A stretch of 60,407 nt of DNA, the filler included, from Sphacelaria rigidula (Eukaryota), in NCBI GenBank assembly GCA_964200075.2. It is 5 parts of 5 records of this genome, joined end to end, with 100 filler letters (N's around TTAATTAATTAA, not from the genome) between each part and the next. Parts side by side here need not be neighbours in the genome. Positions count along the whole stretch, not along the records: positions 1 to 12,003 come from CAXNAA020004245.1; positions 12,104 to 24,105 come from CAXNAA020004246.1; 3 more parts are not named here. One strand, 5' to 3'. A program made the position numbers and the translations under genes. Position 1 is the first letter of the stretch, and every line of letters starts with the position of its first letter. Positions 1-13,564 of this stretch are shown piece by piece. The notes beneath the pieces are model-generated. The model was not told the origin of the DNA. It saw only the letters and a program-made list of their open reading frames with translations, and did no database searches.

Positions 1-129
1 CTGTGGCGTGATGCAAAGTGTCCGAGACGTGTGTTGGCAGTTTTCCCTGTTTAGGGGTCAAAAGGTGGGTCAAAAGTCCCAAAAGTGAACAATCCGTGGG
101 CCAAAACTCTTTATGCCATAACATCCGGC

Positions 130-615
130 CTAAGACCATCTTTTTGGGAACCAAAATTTATTTTAAAGAATATGAGGAGCTCAGCCCGTCTACGGGCGAT
201 TTTCTTTCTCCCGTGAATTGATTTTTCGGACCGCAGTCCGTTGGGCAATGCTTTTCGACGGGCCTTGAGAAAACCAGATCATTTCGCCGATTCTCTGGAG
301 GTTGACTTTTGGTATATCACCTTTTTGCTCAAATCGGGCACTCCCGCATCTCCCGCGATTTTTGCAAAAATCGGGAGAAAATTGGGGGAGATGCGGGGGT
401 GTCCCGATTTGAGCAGAAATATGATATACCAAAACCCAACGTCCAGAAAATCGCAGACTTTCTCTGGTTTTCTCACAGCTAGCCGAGAAACATTGCCGAA
501 CGGACTGGGGTCCAAATAACCAATCCACGGGAGAAAATCGCCCACAGACGGGCTAGACGGGCTGAAGTCCTCATATTTGTACGAACCGAGATTGGTTCTC
601 ATGAAAGATGGTCTG
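130..615. mobile_element. Foldback/MITE-like element (one long imperfect palindrome)
   Basis: The left arm (aagaccatcttttt...tcagcccgtctacgggcgattttc...cagtccgttgggcaatg...tggtatatca...gctcaaatcgggca) is the reverse complement of the right arm (...cccgatttgagca...tgatatacca...cattgccgaacggactgg...gaaaatcgccc...agacgggctga...aaagatggtct). The centre is near 365. A related arm sequence recurs at ~52004-52065. Confidence 0.75.
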
Positions 616-810
616 GGAATAGGACTTCTTAAAATATCGGGGTATCGAAAATACCCTACCTGACACGCCCTTGAAGGGATCGGCATCAGCTAACGAGGAC
701 CTTTTTGATGGGACTGTAGCAATATTTAGGAAATGTGCGGGACAGGTTTTCTGACGCTTCAGTACTACAAACGTAGCTGCAACTGTACCCTGCTGTGCGC
801 GCTTTGGGAC

Positions 811-3800
811 ATGCAGGTCGTGGGAATATTGCTGGTGGCAGCGATGGTCGTTGGGGTGCGCGCAGCTGGGTCGATGTGGTCCTCGCCACGCCCCTCTGGA
901 GCTGTCGCAGCCAGCTTGTGAGTGTCTCACCACAGCAGTCAAAGTTACAGGTGCTGTGCTCACCTGTGAGAAAGCGATAGAAGATGCGATATTCCGCGTT
1001 CAGACGTCAGTGATGCAACTTTCAAAGGTCGCGACCCTTGTATAGGCAACATGTTTGTCCTCGCAGCTCAAGTAGGCCTTGAACGCCCGTCCAGCCCCCG
1101 CGCATGATACACCGTGACTTGTCTTGTTCTGGTGCTTATCGAAGTCGAAGTTCAACTTGGGGCAGGTCTCGCGGTATATGTTGTACAGGTCCCATGTCTT
1201 ATATTGCGGCGAATATGCCGTGACAGACCGCGACAACTGGACTAAAAATTGTCGCTGTGTTCTATATACTTGTCCTGTTGAACCCCCACAGTGTTGGCAG
1301 TGTCGGCGATGGCGGGAATACGGAGAAGGGGCTGGTGCTCATCAAGTCGTTCAAGACAGGAAGCACCACTCTTTCCACCTACCTAGCTCAGGTCGCCGCA
1401 ACGTGTGTTTTGTGTTTTTGGGTACCATACTGTACTGTGTTCGTTCGGCTCGGTTGGCGATTTCCGTTGCGGCAAGCCAAATATGGAAATAATATCGTAG
1501 TGCCGAACACTTGGTGTTGAGTGCTACCGCGGTGTTTTGGTTCTGTCTACTTCCCCGCATGCCGTGGTCTCTCATGTATCGACTAACTCCATGCCATGAA
1601 TGTCTCTGTCTCGTTGCTGGGGAATGCAGCTATGATGGGCGTTACGGTGATTCTGTAGAGTTGCCATGTTACTGTCCTACTTTGCACAGCGTGTTCTTCA
1701 CGTCTTGGTTTCTACATGCCGCACGTTCAGATACAGCTAGGCTACGCACTACGGTCACACTGCACAGCTGCCATATGCTGCAGTTATATTTTGCACAGCG
1801 TGTACTCGATTTCTCGGTCTCAGCATGGCGCCCGTCTCGCTTTTCACGTTCTCTTGTGCACCACGGCACTATCGACCCTAACGCCTTCAGTACATGACGC
1901 TGCACTGCAGTACGGCCTATGTACTATATCTTGCTTGACTGTCGGCGACCACAGCCTCGTCATCTCACCCGTCTTTTTCTGAAATCGCGCGAAATCAGGT
2001 GGGGAACCAGCGAGGCTCATACTTCCTCCACCCTCGAAAAACAGGCTGGTTCGCTGAAGGAGAACTGCTGGAACGCTACAACGAGGGGCAGAGGTTCGAC
2101 ATGAGCGTGCGTCACATCACCCCCTACACCCCCTATAGGCTCATGGAGCTTTTGGTGCCGCACGGCGTGTTTGTGACGATCATGCGTCGGCCTCTTGATA
2201 GATTCATATCGCTCTTCAACTTCAGGCGGGACATGAAAAGGAGATTCAAGGTGTAACTGTGACTTTCTCTCTGCGCGCGTGTGTGTTTCAATGTGATGTA
2301 AAACTAGAACTTACTCTGGCCTGGAAGGATAGGTGTAAACGCTTGGTATGGGTATTCGCCCCAATGAGCAGGTAGGATGAAAATATATGACTGCAACTCA
2401 TCCAATGGATGAATGCTTTGGTATTTGAGATGCTTGTGTATTCCTGGATTTAAACAGGTGTGCAGGTCATTTGCCCTCTTCGGTGTTGCACATCTGTTTA
2501 AAAAATAACCGTCTATCTGGGGCGACTTTTTTTTGTTTTTCGTCTCCAAGAGACAGGTAGGATAGGTAGGAACTTTTACCGTACACTTCGAAATTTTTAG
2601 TATCGTACAGCGCGTTTGAGTGCGCTCCACCTCGTCGCCGCTTCGAACTCAACCCTCAAGCTAAGCTGTCATTAAGACGGTCGGTCCGGTGTACGGGTAG
2701 TTAGCAAGGTAGGGGTGCGCTCCCACCGAGGTAGTCTCTGACTTGGATGATCAATCGTCCTCACCGAGCAAAACTCCTTGCCATGTCCCCCAGCTCGACT
2801 CTGTACACGAGTCACCCTACCCATCCGGGTGTTGATTGAATTGGTTTTGCCTTACTCGGGAAATATCTTTTGGATCGCGTTGGACAGCAGAAGGCATCGT
2901 CGTGGCGTAGGAGTGTACTCGAGGTGCTCGCTGAAGCCGTTGGGCACTGACGTTGAAATCGACTGTGGCTTTGTCGTCAAACCGAAAGCACGTGGCTGGC
3001 GTCCTCCTGCTGTTGGCTTCACCATACAGTAGCTTGCCATGTCTTGATGTATTGAAAAGTATTTTGGTCTGCACCGCGTGAGGTCTCCGCATGCTCCATT
3101 TGCGGTTGACAATGCTCCAAGTCCCTACATGAAACGGGGAGAAAGCCAGTAGTTGAGCACGACGCCGGTGACAGACAGGTGCACGTGAGGGAAAATAGTT
3201 TGATGTTGTGTCCCTTCTTTAGTGTCACTAATAAAAGGAAACATACTAGTCGATATCTCACGAAATTCCCGCAACCATACTAACCATGTTTGTGGTTCAA
3301 TACATCATTGCAGACACCGCAGGCACTGGTGGATAGCATCCAGGCAGGGAACGTGGACATGGATGACTCGAGACCGTTCTGCAACCAGCTCGCGTGGCTG
3401 CTCTCAGGAGAGAACATAGACTACACGACAGTCGTGGATCCTGACGAAGCCAAGAGGTACTTATCCCACCGTACTTTTTGACGGATCCAGCCAATGTGCA
3501 AGGGTTCAGTTTCAGGCTCTGGTTGTGTGGTGTAGGCAGTATACTTTTAGCTATACTTTCAATGAAGTTTTTGTTGGGGTAGTAGTGTGCAGTACACGGA
3601 TTCCCGCCCGGTTCCTTCCGTTGCTGTATTTAATCATGCACTACTGCTCACGCTGGGGTTAGGGTTACACGGACAGAATGCCTGTCGTCGAAGGGAGGAT
3701 GTGCATGTATGGGCATGTGGAAAACATGAGCGTGTGCTGCTGCGGCATTTGAGGATTTCGGATCGTTGCTAGTACGGTGGTGTGTGGAGTGACTTGCCGG

Positions 3801-6800
3801 CTCTTCGTGAAATGGGTGAGTGGCATGCCGGCATCGCGTGTAGTCCTACGTTCGGGAGGGCTTGGTTCAGCACCATGGTGACGATCGTGCAAACCTTGCA
3901 TCTTTATTTACCGTCGAAGATATGCTAACAAGGTCAAAAACGCGTACGATAGAAACGCTGCATCACCCTGGGAGCCGTTGTGTTTCCGTTTTGACCGCTT
4001 GACAGGGTGGCCGATGGCATACTTTTGGAAGCGGAACATCGGAAAGTGACGGTACTCTTAACCGAGCGGATGTCCGAGTCTGTGGTACTTCTCGTGAGTC
4101 TAGTCTGCTATGCCGCTTACGCATTATTATACCTATTTGATCTATTGAGGTTTCGTTGAACGTCAACGTCATTGTGTTGCTGAGGTTTTTCACGGGCATG
4201 TTGCTATGCTCTAATGTTGATCGTTGCTCTGTCTTTGAGGAGCACCACCATTTGTCGTTGCGCACATGTCTATTACGCATCTGACGCGTCAGTTGAAGGT
4301 AATATAGCACCAAATTGTGCGATTAGTGGCTTTTTGGGCCATCAAACGGTGGGTGCTACACTGTTCGCTTACTGTGGAATCAACTACGATCCCCCACATG
4401 GCTCTTTATCATGGGTCACTATGTGGAATCCCCCCCAATACTATGATCTAAGCGTGGTCGTTCTTTGACCACGTCATACGGGAACAAAAAATCCGTCAAA
4501 CTATAATTTTCGGTCACTCTCGCTCCAAACTGTTTTTTACAATGCCACGTTATGGGGCATTTATGCAAATAACAAGTGTCGGAACTTCAGTTTGCGGCAA
4601 AAGGTCGTTCGCATTTCTACAGTAGAAGTGAGTCGCATTTTTGACCCTAACAAACTGACTATCAAAAGTGAATCCCCTCTGTATTCTAATGGCCCCCCTT
4701 ACAATCATAGTTTTATGTTACCGCGCCCCGGTGGTTCAACAATTTAATTATAAAACGTCGGTGGGCGGAGTTAACGGTTAAGGATTCCAATCCCAGCAGA
4801 TGCGTTTTTTTTTTTTTTTTTTAAGAGTTCCTGTCGTTCAAAATGTGAGGGCATATGTGGCAAAGAAAAATTGACGAAAGGCCACGCGTGCTGATATGTT
4901 AATGTCTTGATATATTGATATGTCAGGCATGAGGAGAGAAGGGGCAATTTGTTTCCTTCACACGACGGAATCGTCCCAGAAAAGGATAAAAAAAATGCTC
5001 CAACATTGCCGGGAAAAACATGGAAGTAACGGTTGACTTCGTCAAGAAGATAGTGTAGGACACGGGGCATGTACCACTGTTTACCGGTAATCATGAAACA
5101 ACAAGCAAGGGCAATGATTGCAGTGACAAATGACGTTTACTCTTGTGTACTACTGGGGGTGAAGAATCCCTCGTTTTGAGCTGTCGAAGAAGCCATGAAA
5201 GATCGCGCAACAACTTTTTTTGCGCCAAATGAACTCGAAGGCAGTGCTGCCGTAGCACATGGTAAGTGCATTATTTAAAGTAAGTTCGAACCCTATAATC
5301 AATCTGTCTTGCAGGCATCTGTACCGTATGTACTACTCTATGTGGTGATGTTGGCGATGCAGGTTTCGGTAGGGGCTCAAATACTAGATGATATCACGCC
5401 CTAGCAAGCCTCCTGTGCGTACAGCTGAGCAGACTAGGCTTGGAGCCTATGCGAACGCGCTGGGACTCCTTGTGCGTGCCGTTAGGCTCCGAGACACAGT
5501 GTGGGATTAAAGCTGTTTTTTACGTTTTTTTTGTCAGCACCCCGTAACAAGCAGCACTTCTCCATGGGTCGTCCGTTCGGCGGTGCATAAATACATTTTT
5601 TTTGCCATGTATGGGGTCAAGAAAAACGTGAGATAGTCCCCAGGACGCTCTTCGACAGGAGTATCGGTGATTCCACCCTACCACCATATGAGTGCTGCAG
5701 ACAGCTTTGAAATCCACTTTGTACATTTTGCGCCTGTGTGTGTGTTCCAGCAAACAAGTGTAGATGACAGACAAGAGTAGTTTTTCCTATCCCATATCCC
5801 ATATGAGTTGATGGTCAAATGTGGGTAGGTGTCTCATTCCAGCAGGCAAACAGCAGGTATCGGGCAAGATTTCCCTCCACCGAAGAAGTGGTCCACACCC
5901 TGGACAATGTTTGGTCAATATATGCGATAGACCGAAAGTGTACTGGATAAAGTAGAGACCTATTGCATCTAATGACCGTAGAGTGCCCAGGGTGTGAAGT
6001 GGTGACACGATGCAAGAGTGTAAGGTCGTTCCTATGATGACAAGCGACATCACCACGTGCAGAGCGGAGAAAAAACTAGAGGGCGAACTGTAGTGCCTTC
6101 CCACTACGATATTTTCGAGTCCAAACCCCCGGAAATTTTGCACGGCTTGCAATATTTTGCCGTGTTTAAGGCTCACCTCATGGGCTGGGATATTGAAGAG
6201 CTGGAGCTAAGGCGAGGGTCTCAACGCGTGCAAGCCAGAGCGGGCGCTATCAGCAACAAGCATGGACAGACACGCCGCGCTACCGCAGCCAACACGACTT
6301 TCACTGGAGGGAACCCGCACGCCCGTCAGGCTACTGGCAGAGGAAATAATCGTGTTACTAGGGATGATGAAGGTGTGGGCAAGGGCAACCAGGGTGTTGG
6401 GGTGGGCAATGATGTCGATGAAATTATTCAACAAGCGGGAGTGCCTGACGCCGTCAAGTATCACCAAAGGCGGCGAATGGGGTCGTCTGTCCGACGCGAC
6501 TACAGCACGTGCGAGACGCTCGGCGGTGAGGCCTGTGAGAAAGCAATAAGGCAAGTGCACGATGACCAGAGCCCTACGGATCCCTAGCTCAGTTTCGGTA
6601 CGAGCGGCAACTGTACTCATCTGTGACTTTCTATGCCCGTCTCAATGCACTGCAGATCCCAAGCGCTGCTTTTGTGTCTGGGCTGCGACGATACGTGAAT
6701 GCTTACGGCGTGGCATTACCGCGCGGGGTCGTGGCCGCACGGCCAAGTAGTGCAAGTAGTCCAGACTGCTGCGTGACCACCCTTGGATCCGTTTATTTCG

Positions 6801-7903
6801 CATGAAGGAATCACTTCGTATCGATTGGTTGATCGATTGAATGATTGTCGCGCTTTAACTGATCGATAGTTATGGTTTGTTTGCGATACACGCTGTGCAG
6901 GGACTGCAACATGGTTGATGAGCTACTGTACGCGCACTATGAGCAACAATTTGATGTCCTCTTGACTCAACTGGCAGACGTCCGGCGTGCCGTCACAGCG
7001 CTGGAGGCAAAGCCACAGGTCAAGGTGAGTGCGTCCGGACGGAATTCGTCTCCAAATGTGCACCGCAGTCGAAGATTAACCCTTTGACAGCGACCCCCCC
7101 ACAGATGGACGGAGTTGGACTATGCCACTTTTTGGGTTCACAATCATTCCTTTGTCGCAACACAAAACGCCTTTTTCACGAACATGTGAATATTTATTTT
7201 CTATATAGAAAGTAGTACCGGAGAACCCCTGACCAGTTTTGACCCTGCAGTCAAATGCGTGCAGAGTCGGTATGTATGTGTGCTGTGTGTCTTTCCTGGA
7301 TACAACGGCAAGATATAGGATACGTGTGCCACCGCTCTCCACTGAACACAATTTATTGCATGCTGCTGATCCTTTTGCCTAGTGCTCAACAACAACGCTA
7401 CAGACTGTGAAGCTACGTTGGCAGCACATGAGGGCTTAGGCAGGCGGCGTAGGCCACGAGCAGAATACAAAACAAGTTATTTGTATCCATATCATTCATG
7501 GTTGATTCCCCATGACCAAAATGAGTCGTGGGAGTAGACAGCGAATTAGTCCAACGTAATCCACCCGAACCGGATGAATGTACTAATTTTGACGATCATG
7601 ATTGGTCAGAATGGGTATCCTGCGCCTCTCGGGCCTCGTGCAAGGCTCATAATTTTCCGCGGGAAACTTCCTAATATACATGGTCGACGTGGTGAGCTTT
7701 TTGGCTCCTCTGCGGACAGACACCCCCGCTCATCAATAACCACACACCCCGGCCACCGGAAACTCCCGAAGGTCTCCGGACTGTCAGCCTGTGGAGCTGT
7801 TCCGAGGCGACGCTCGCTGTGTAAGGGGAGTGAAGATTGTCTCGTAGAACAAGTGACTGAAATATTTGAACATGTGGAATCTCGATCCCACCTTTTCTCT
7901 TGA
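811..7903 (+). CDS. Galactose-3-O-sulfotransferase-like (Gal3ST family) carbohydrate sulfotransferase, 8 exons, ~495 aa
   Basis: Phase-consistent exons 811-917, 1292-1391, 1999-2250, 3314-3456, 4006-4093, 6171-6550, 6901-7024, 7610-7903 (sum 1488 nt). Motifs: hydrophobic N-terminal anchor (VVGILLVAAMVVGV), 5'-PAPS loop IKSFKTGSTT, 3'-PAPS motif TIMRRPLDRFISLFNF, NQLAW, LLTERMSESVVLLAHLMGWD and NMVDELLYAHY. The start codon and last exon are less certain than the core. Confidence 0.88.
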
Positions 7904-10900
7904 CGTCCAATTGCCTTGTGCGATATCATATCGCGATGGTGTCGTAAAACCGCTTCTTCAGCTGTAACCGCCACCTATATGGTTCGCTAGATGGCTAGAT
8001 GTGCTCGTCATCTTTCACGTATGACCACATTTCGACTTGTTTACTTCAAAGCAGGCGATGAAACAAGCCGTGACAGTAGGTCTTACCCCCACTTATTCGG
8101 CGTCGTTGCAACTGCGGTCGATGCGGTAAAGATGATAGCAGCATGAGGCAAATGTTGGGGTACCGCATATGTGATACAGATCCAATCCAAGCCCCGAGGC
8201 ATCATGGTGGGTTATTGTTGATGTTGTGATCAGTCGTCTTTCCGACAATAACACTTCGTCACCTACCCGGACCGAGTACATCTCCAGCGGAGTATTTTTC
8301 ACGTGCTGTACGAGCAGGGAAGCTGATTATCCACCCCCCGGCCTTCGCCCACGGCCCCCGCTCCTTGACGTTTGTTCTCGTGTGCATCTTGGATTTGCCG
8401 TACTGTGCTGTGCTACGCCGTGCTGTGTCGTGTCGTGTTAGAGTGAAATGTCAAAGTTGGAAAGTGGCACGTTTCCGCCGAACTGCATAGAAGCAGCAGA
8501 ACAGGGAAAGTTTGCGAGGCAACCAGGGGGAGACGAGACGGAAGACCAACGGTACAGGCGACTGCACTCATGTACCGGTCGTCCGCCATGAGACGGTTTC
8601 AACTCCCCATGACACACGCAATAACAATAATGGGTGTCATTTTCTGGAACACATGCAAAATCTTTTGAGCCATTTGGGCTTCTATTGAGATATATACTCA
8701 TGTAGTTGGTAGTGTGAGTCTTGTGTGTCGCGGGCTTTGTTGGTGACTTGAAGTGGTTTCTCGTAAATCTTATGTGTTATCGCTTTCTCTTTCAATTGTG
8801 TTTTTTTTTCTCGTACATAAAACACTTATTCTGTTCCGTTTCATTTACAACGAGTGCGGTGGTTTGTCCTCTTCGTCATATGTTCGGCGCAATTCGCACG
8901 GTTGGATGTTATTAACACTCTAGTATCCCAGATGGAAATTTTGTGTTACGTCTCTTTGGTGACTGGAGCTTTAGCGCATGGATCTTGTCATGCAGTCTTG
9001 TGCTCTCTAGCGTACACTGGCCCTTGCGTGTGGACGACGCCAATGTATGCATTAATATTGTAGGGAGAGGGGAAAAGCATCGCGATTGTGTGTGTGAGTG
9101 TGTGAGTGTGTGTCGTTACTTCCGTATTATGTATATGGTCGGTTTCGTATATGAGGGAACTGAAGCACCCTACTACTGATTGTCTCGACATGGTATTCAC
9201 ACGCTGTATATGTGGAGTAAGAGTTTCTGTCTCGCTGTTGGTCGCAGTCATCGGACTCTTGGGTTGGGCTCAGTGCCCTTGCGCGCGCGCACGATGGTCG
9301 TGCAGTGTGTCAATCAACCCGCAGGGCTCTCGTATTGTGGGGTGGGAGAGACCAGCGGCGGCGTCTCCTCTCTCCGGGCCGTAGGAAGAGGTAAAAAGAA
9401 GCGTCAAGGTACTCCCCGGTCGTTCAATTCTTCGCCGTGCGGTGGGTTAGATGGTGGCTGTGGAAGGCCGGTGGTGGTGAAACGTGGGTAGACTTCGGAA
9501 CAAAAGCGAGTGAAATATGGATAAGGAGGAATTGATTGAATATAAACATAGGATGACGATAGTAGGTGCCGGGGAGTGGACCAATCCCACCATCACACTA
9601 TCGGAGGAAAAAAGGGTGTTCTGCGAGGCCCTTATGCCTCGCGGTGCTGTTTGGCCCTAAATCGCGCTTCTTCTCTTGCGAAAGTTGGTGTGCATGCTCT
9701 TCATGGCCTGTGGTCGTGCGTCTTTGCGTCGAGATTGATTCTTGAGTGATTTGGGCCAAGCGCGGGCAGCTCCAGCATTCGCGTCCACCACCACCCTTGT
9801 GGCTGTAAACAGGACCGGTGCACCCGCTGTTGTCTATTGCCCTATTTTTTTGCGGTATGCCGAGAATGACCCTGAAAAACTCTGCGCTGCGTGCAATGCA
9901 GCCCCAAAATCTGTGCTGGCGCAGATACGCATTTTCTAACCTTGGTGTGCGTGCGCCTGCAAGAGTAATCGTCGTACGTGGTATGTGTGCGAATGGTTTT
10001 CGCGACAGGCGGTACATGGCGCAGTTTGAGCCCAACCAAGCAACATCTTCCACTTATCCTACTGTAGCGTGGTCACAGGGAAACCGGCCGTTGTTATGCC
10101 GAAGAGATCATGGGACGAGATCAGACGTCTTCAGAGCGCCCCCCACACTGGTAGCATTGGTCGCACTCGGTCACGCCCTCGCCGCACAATTCGTCGCAGC
10201 TCGGCGAACAGTACCGGCATCCAAGCGTCTGAAATACGTTCAATGTGTGAAATGACGAGGGGTGGGTCAGGGCAGAGTTGCAATGATTTCCAGGAAGAAA
10301 GCGGGCTATAGGATGGTTCCACCACTTGAGATGAAAAACGAACCACCGGTGATTTTCGACTCAGAAGTCGAGAACGGGGAGATGCATTGTTGAAGGAGAT
10401 ACACAAATCGACTCACGTGATGATGGCCAGGAAATTTTCTTTTGGGGGGGGGCGAATGAGGTCTACTTGACAGTTTCGGAAAAAGAAAGCGCCTCTTCAT
10501 CTTATGGATAAGAGGAAAGATAGAGTAAAACTCCCGTACCCATGGACTTCAAATAGTCTATTCGCACCTCTCTTCCAGGTTTGACGCCTTCATCATCAAA
10601 CGTGGAGAAAAAATATCAAGGCATGCATATCCTCAAGGGCCTGAAAGAATCTCGTCCGACCTAGTGGAGGTGTTTCCTTGAAGGTTCGTTTTTGGCATAA
10701 CTTCTAAAATACGACGAGTGGTGTCGAAACAGGAATTACTGTTGTTGCATTGATGTCGTCAAGGCTCGTGGCATATGTCATGGCACTCGAACAAAATTGA
10801 GTTACGTGTGTTGAACTTTTCATCCGTCCGTCCCCTAACTGTCGTATGCCGTATTGGATATGACAGCAAATGCGGAATGTAAGGGTCCGAATGATTGATC

Positions 10901-11049
10901 AGGCCGCACGGCGCAGTCCGTGTTCTTGGCTGTTGTACGGTAGCGGGGAACTTACTTCTTGTGCCCCCGTCCGCTGCTACTCGGCCTGTTTGTCCCGGAC
11001 ACACTCCTTTGTCTCGGTAAAAGTAAACGTAAAGGGACCAGCCTGCACA

Positions 11050-11925
11050 ATAAACACGGGATTTTACAAATTGGAGATGATTTTTTATTGAGGATGAGAA
11101 CCCGGAGAATTGAAATATTTGTACCAACACCAAATCTTCGAAGTAAAGTTCCACTCCTTCACCTACTGGTAGCTGTTGACAACTACTATACAACACGGGA
11201 TCTTACAAATTGAAGATGGATATTTTATTGGGGATGAGAAACCCGGAGAATTATAATCGTGTCCACACCGAATCTTCGAAATATGGTTCCATTTCTTCAC
11301 CTACTGACAGCTGTTGACAACTGCTACACGCCATATAAATTTGGATTTTGATCACGGAAATCTTGGGGTCCTAGGTGAAAAACCAATTTCGGAACCATTT
11401 GGGCGTCCATTCGGACACCCGGAATTCCCACAAATTGTTTTTGCACCTAGGATCCTAACATTTTGGTGATAAAAATCCAAATTTATATGGCGTGTAGCAG
11501 TTGTCAATGGCTATCAGTAGGTGAAGAAATGGAACCATATTTCGAAGATTTGGTGTGGATACGAAGATTTGAATTCTCCGGGTCTCTCATCCCCAATAAA
11601 AAATCCACCCCCAATATTTAAGATCCCGTGTTATACGCCACACAAATTTGGATCCTGATAATCGACACGTTGGGGGCCTAGGTGAAGGAACAGTTTCGGG
11701 GAATTCAGATCCGATCAGATCGCCCAAATTCCTCAAAATTGGTTCTTCACCTAGGACCCCGATATTTCGGCTATCGAAGTCCAAATTTGTAAGGCGTGCG
11801 GTAGTTGTCAATAGCTACCGGCAGATGGTGAAGGAATAAAACCATATCTCGAAGATTTGACGTGGATACGAAGATCTTAATTGTCCGGGTTGCCCATACT
11901 CAATGAAAAGTCCATCCCCGATGGG
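11050..11925. repeat. Compound foldback element: inverted arms plus extra tandem copies of the arms
   Basis: 11190-11385 is the reverse complement of ~11435-11635 (e.g. cttcgaaatatggttccatttcttcacctactga / tcagtaggtgaagaaatggaaccatatttcgaag). The left unit is also duplicated at 11053-11190, and the core plus right arm again at ~11640-11925. Confidence 0.8.
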
Positions 11926-12003
11926 TAAAATAACTGGATCCTAGAACATCGGGTTCATACAAGATATGGGGTTGAAGTGGCATTTCTCTTTTGCAGGGAA
12001 GAC

Positions 12004-12103
12004 NNNNNNNNNNNNNNNNNNNNNNNNNNNNNNNNNNNNNNNNNNNNTTAATTAATTAANNNNNNNNNNNNNNNNNNNNNNNNNNNNNNNNNNNNNNNNN
12101 NNN
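12004..12103. other. Artificial contig linker (N-TTAATTAATTAA-N, 100 bp)
   Basis: N runs flank a 12-mer that gives stops in all six frames. Confidence 0.97.
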
Positions 12104-12469
12104 CGGGCAACCCCCGAGATAGTTTTAAGAAGGTCGGGGGGCATGAGGTCGTCCATGTGAAATTCATCAGTAATGACTTTAGGTCAGGGAAAGCACTGTT
12201 TTCGAGTTGAAACGCATTAAAATGTTGAACCTCAATAACGAATCCAGGCTGTTAACTCGGGTTCCCCGCTATGTACTCCTTCGTTACGAGTCAAAGGCGA
12301 TTCTGTCTCAAGAAATGCAGGAATCTCCAACGGGATCTTCAGAGGTATTGCAGTATCTCAAACTATAGTTCCCGCTCGGTAAATTCTACCGTAAAATCAC
12401 TGTACTGCCTGTCGATCACAAAGGTTATGACATACGCACATAGCAGTCATAAACTTTCACACGTAGGAC

Positions 12470-13564
12470 AGCTCATGAGCTAGCTCATCTGCGGGCGGTA
12501 GCTCACTTGTCGTCAAACATGTACATGTGAGCTACGTCCGATAGCTCAACACAAGGTAAACGTGCCTTGATGAGCTACGAGCTGGTAGCTCACCCAGGGC
12601 AAACATGCGTAGCTCATGCAGTTCTCATAGCTCACCCAGGGCGAATATGAGCTGATGAGCTACGAGTTGGTAGCTCACGCAGGGCAAACATGCGTAGCTA
12701 ATGTAGCTCTCATAGCTCACTCAGGACGAATCTGAACTGATGAGCTACGGGTTGGTAGCTCAACTATCTCAAACGTGCGTAGCTCATACAGATCACATTG
12801 CTCACTCAGGGCGAATATGAGCTGGTGAGCTACGGGTTGATAGCTCACTCAGGGCAAACATGTGCAGCTCATGTAGCTCTCACAGCTCACCCAGAAAAAA
12901 CATGCGCGGATGAGCTACGTCCGGTAGCTCACCCAAGGCAAGCAAGTTTAGCTCACCTAGCTCTTGCAGCTTCCTCCGGAAAAACATGTGCGTGTAGCTC
13001 ACGCAGCTCTTACAGCTCACCGAGAGAAAACAAATGCGGATGAGCTACGCTCGATAGCTCACCCCATGCAAACATGTGTAACTAGCTGGAGCTGCTGTTT
13101 CCCGCGGTCGCCATTGAGGGCGAAGTGTGTGTGTGTGTGTAGTTGTGTGTGCGTGTGTGTGGTTGTGTGTGTATGTGGTGGCTATGGTGCGGATGACTTC
13201 TGATGCAGCCATGTTGATTGTTGATATGTTTACAAAAAGTAAATCCATCGCTATACGAAACGGAACAGGTGTGTGCGCATCTAGCCGTTATCACGTACGT
13301 ACAATTTCAACGTGTATGAGCATCTGAACAGAAACAGCTCCAAGATCGGCGTAGCTCCCGTAGCTCTGTGGCTCAACCAGTGCAATCATGCGTAGCTCCC
13401 GTAGCTCTCGTAGCTCATCCAGGGCAAACATGTGTAGCTCATCCAGGGCAAACATTGTAGCTCGTGCATCTCTCATAGCTCATCCGGGGCAAACGTGCGT
13501 AGCTCATGCAGCTCTCATAGTTCACCCAGGGCTGATATGAGCTGATGAGCCATGGGCTGGTAGC
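12470..13564. repeat. TAGCTC/GAGCTA-rich tandem satellite, ~85-bp unit (left part)
   Basis: The unit atagctcacccagggcgaatatgagctgatgagctacgagttggtagctcacgcagggcaaacatgcgtagctcatgcagctctc recurs at ~12627, 12712, 12797 and 12882. It is interrupted by a (GT)n-containing segment at ~13090-13345. Confidence 0.9.

Noticed and set aside
5180-5261. Exon-like segment in sulfotransferase intron 5
   Set aside because: Exons 5 and 6 join directly into the conserved ESVVLL-AHLMGWD motif, so inclusion would break it.
9598-10406. Overlapping 100-150 aa ORFs and a Cys-rich stretch
   Set aside because: No motif or consistent splice structure was recognised.
12470-13564. Regularly spaced repeats suggestive of a CRISPR array
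   Set aside because: The whole unit repeats with no unique spacers, there are no cas genes, and the context is eukaryotic.
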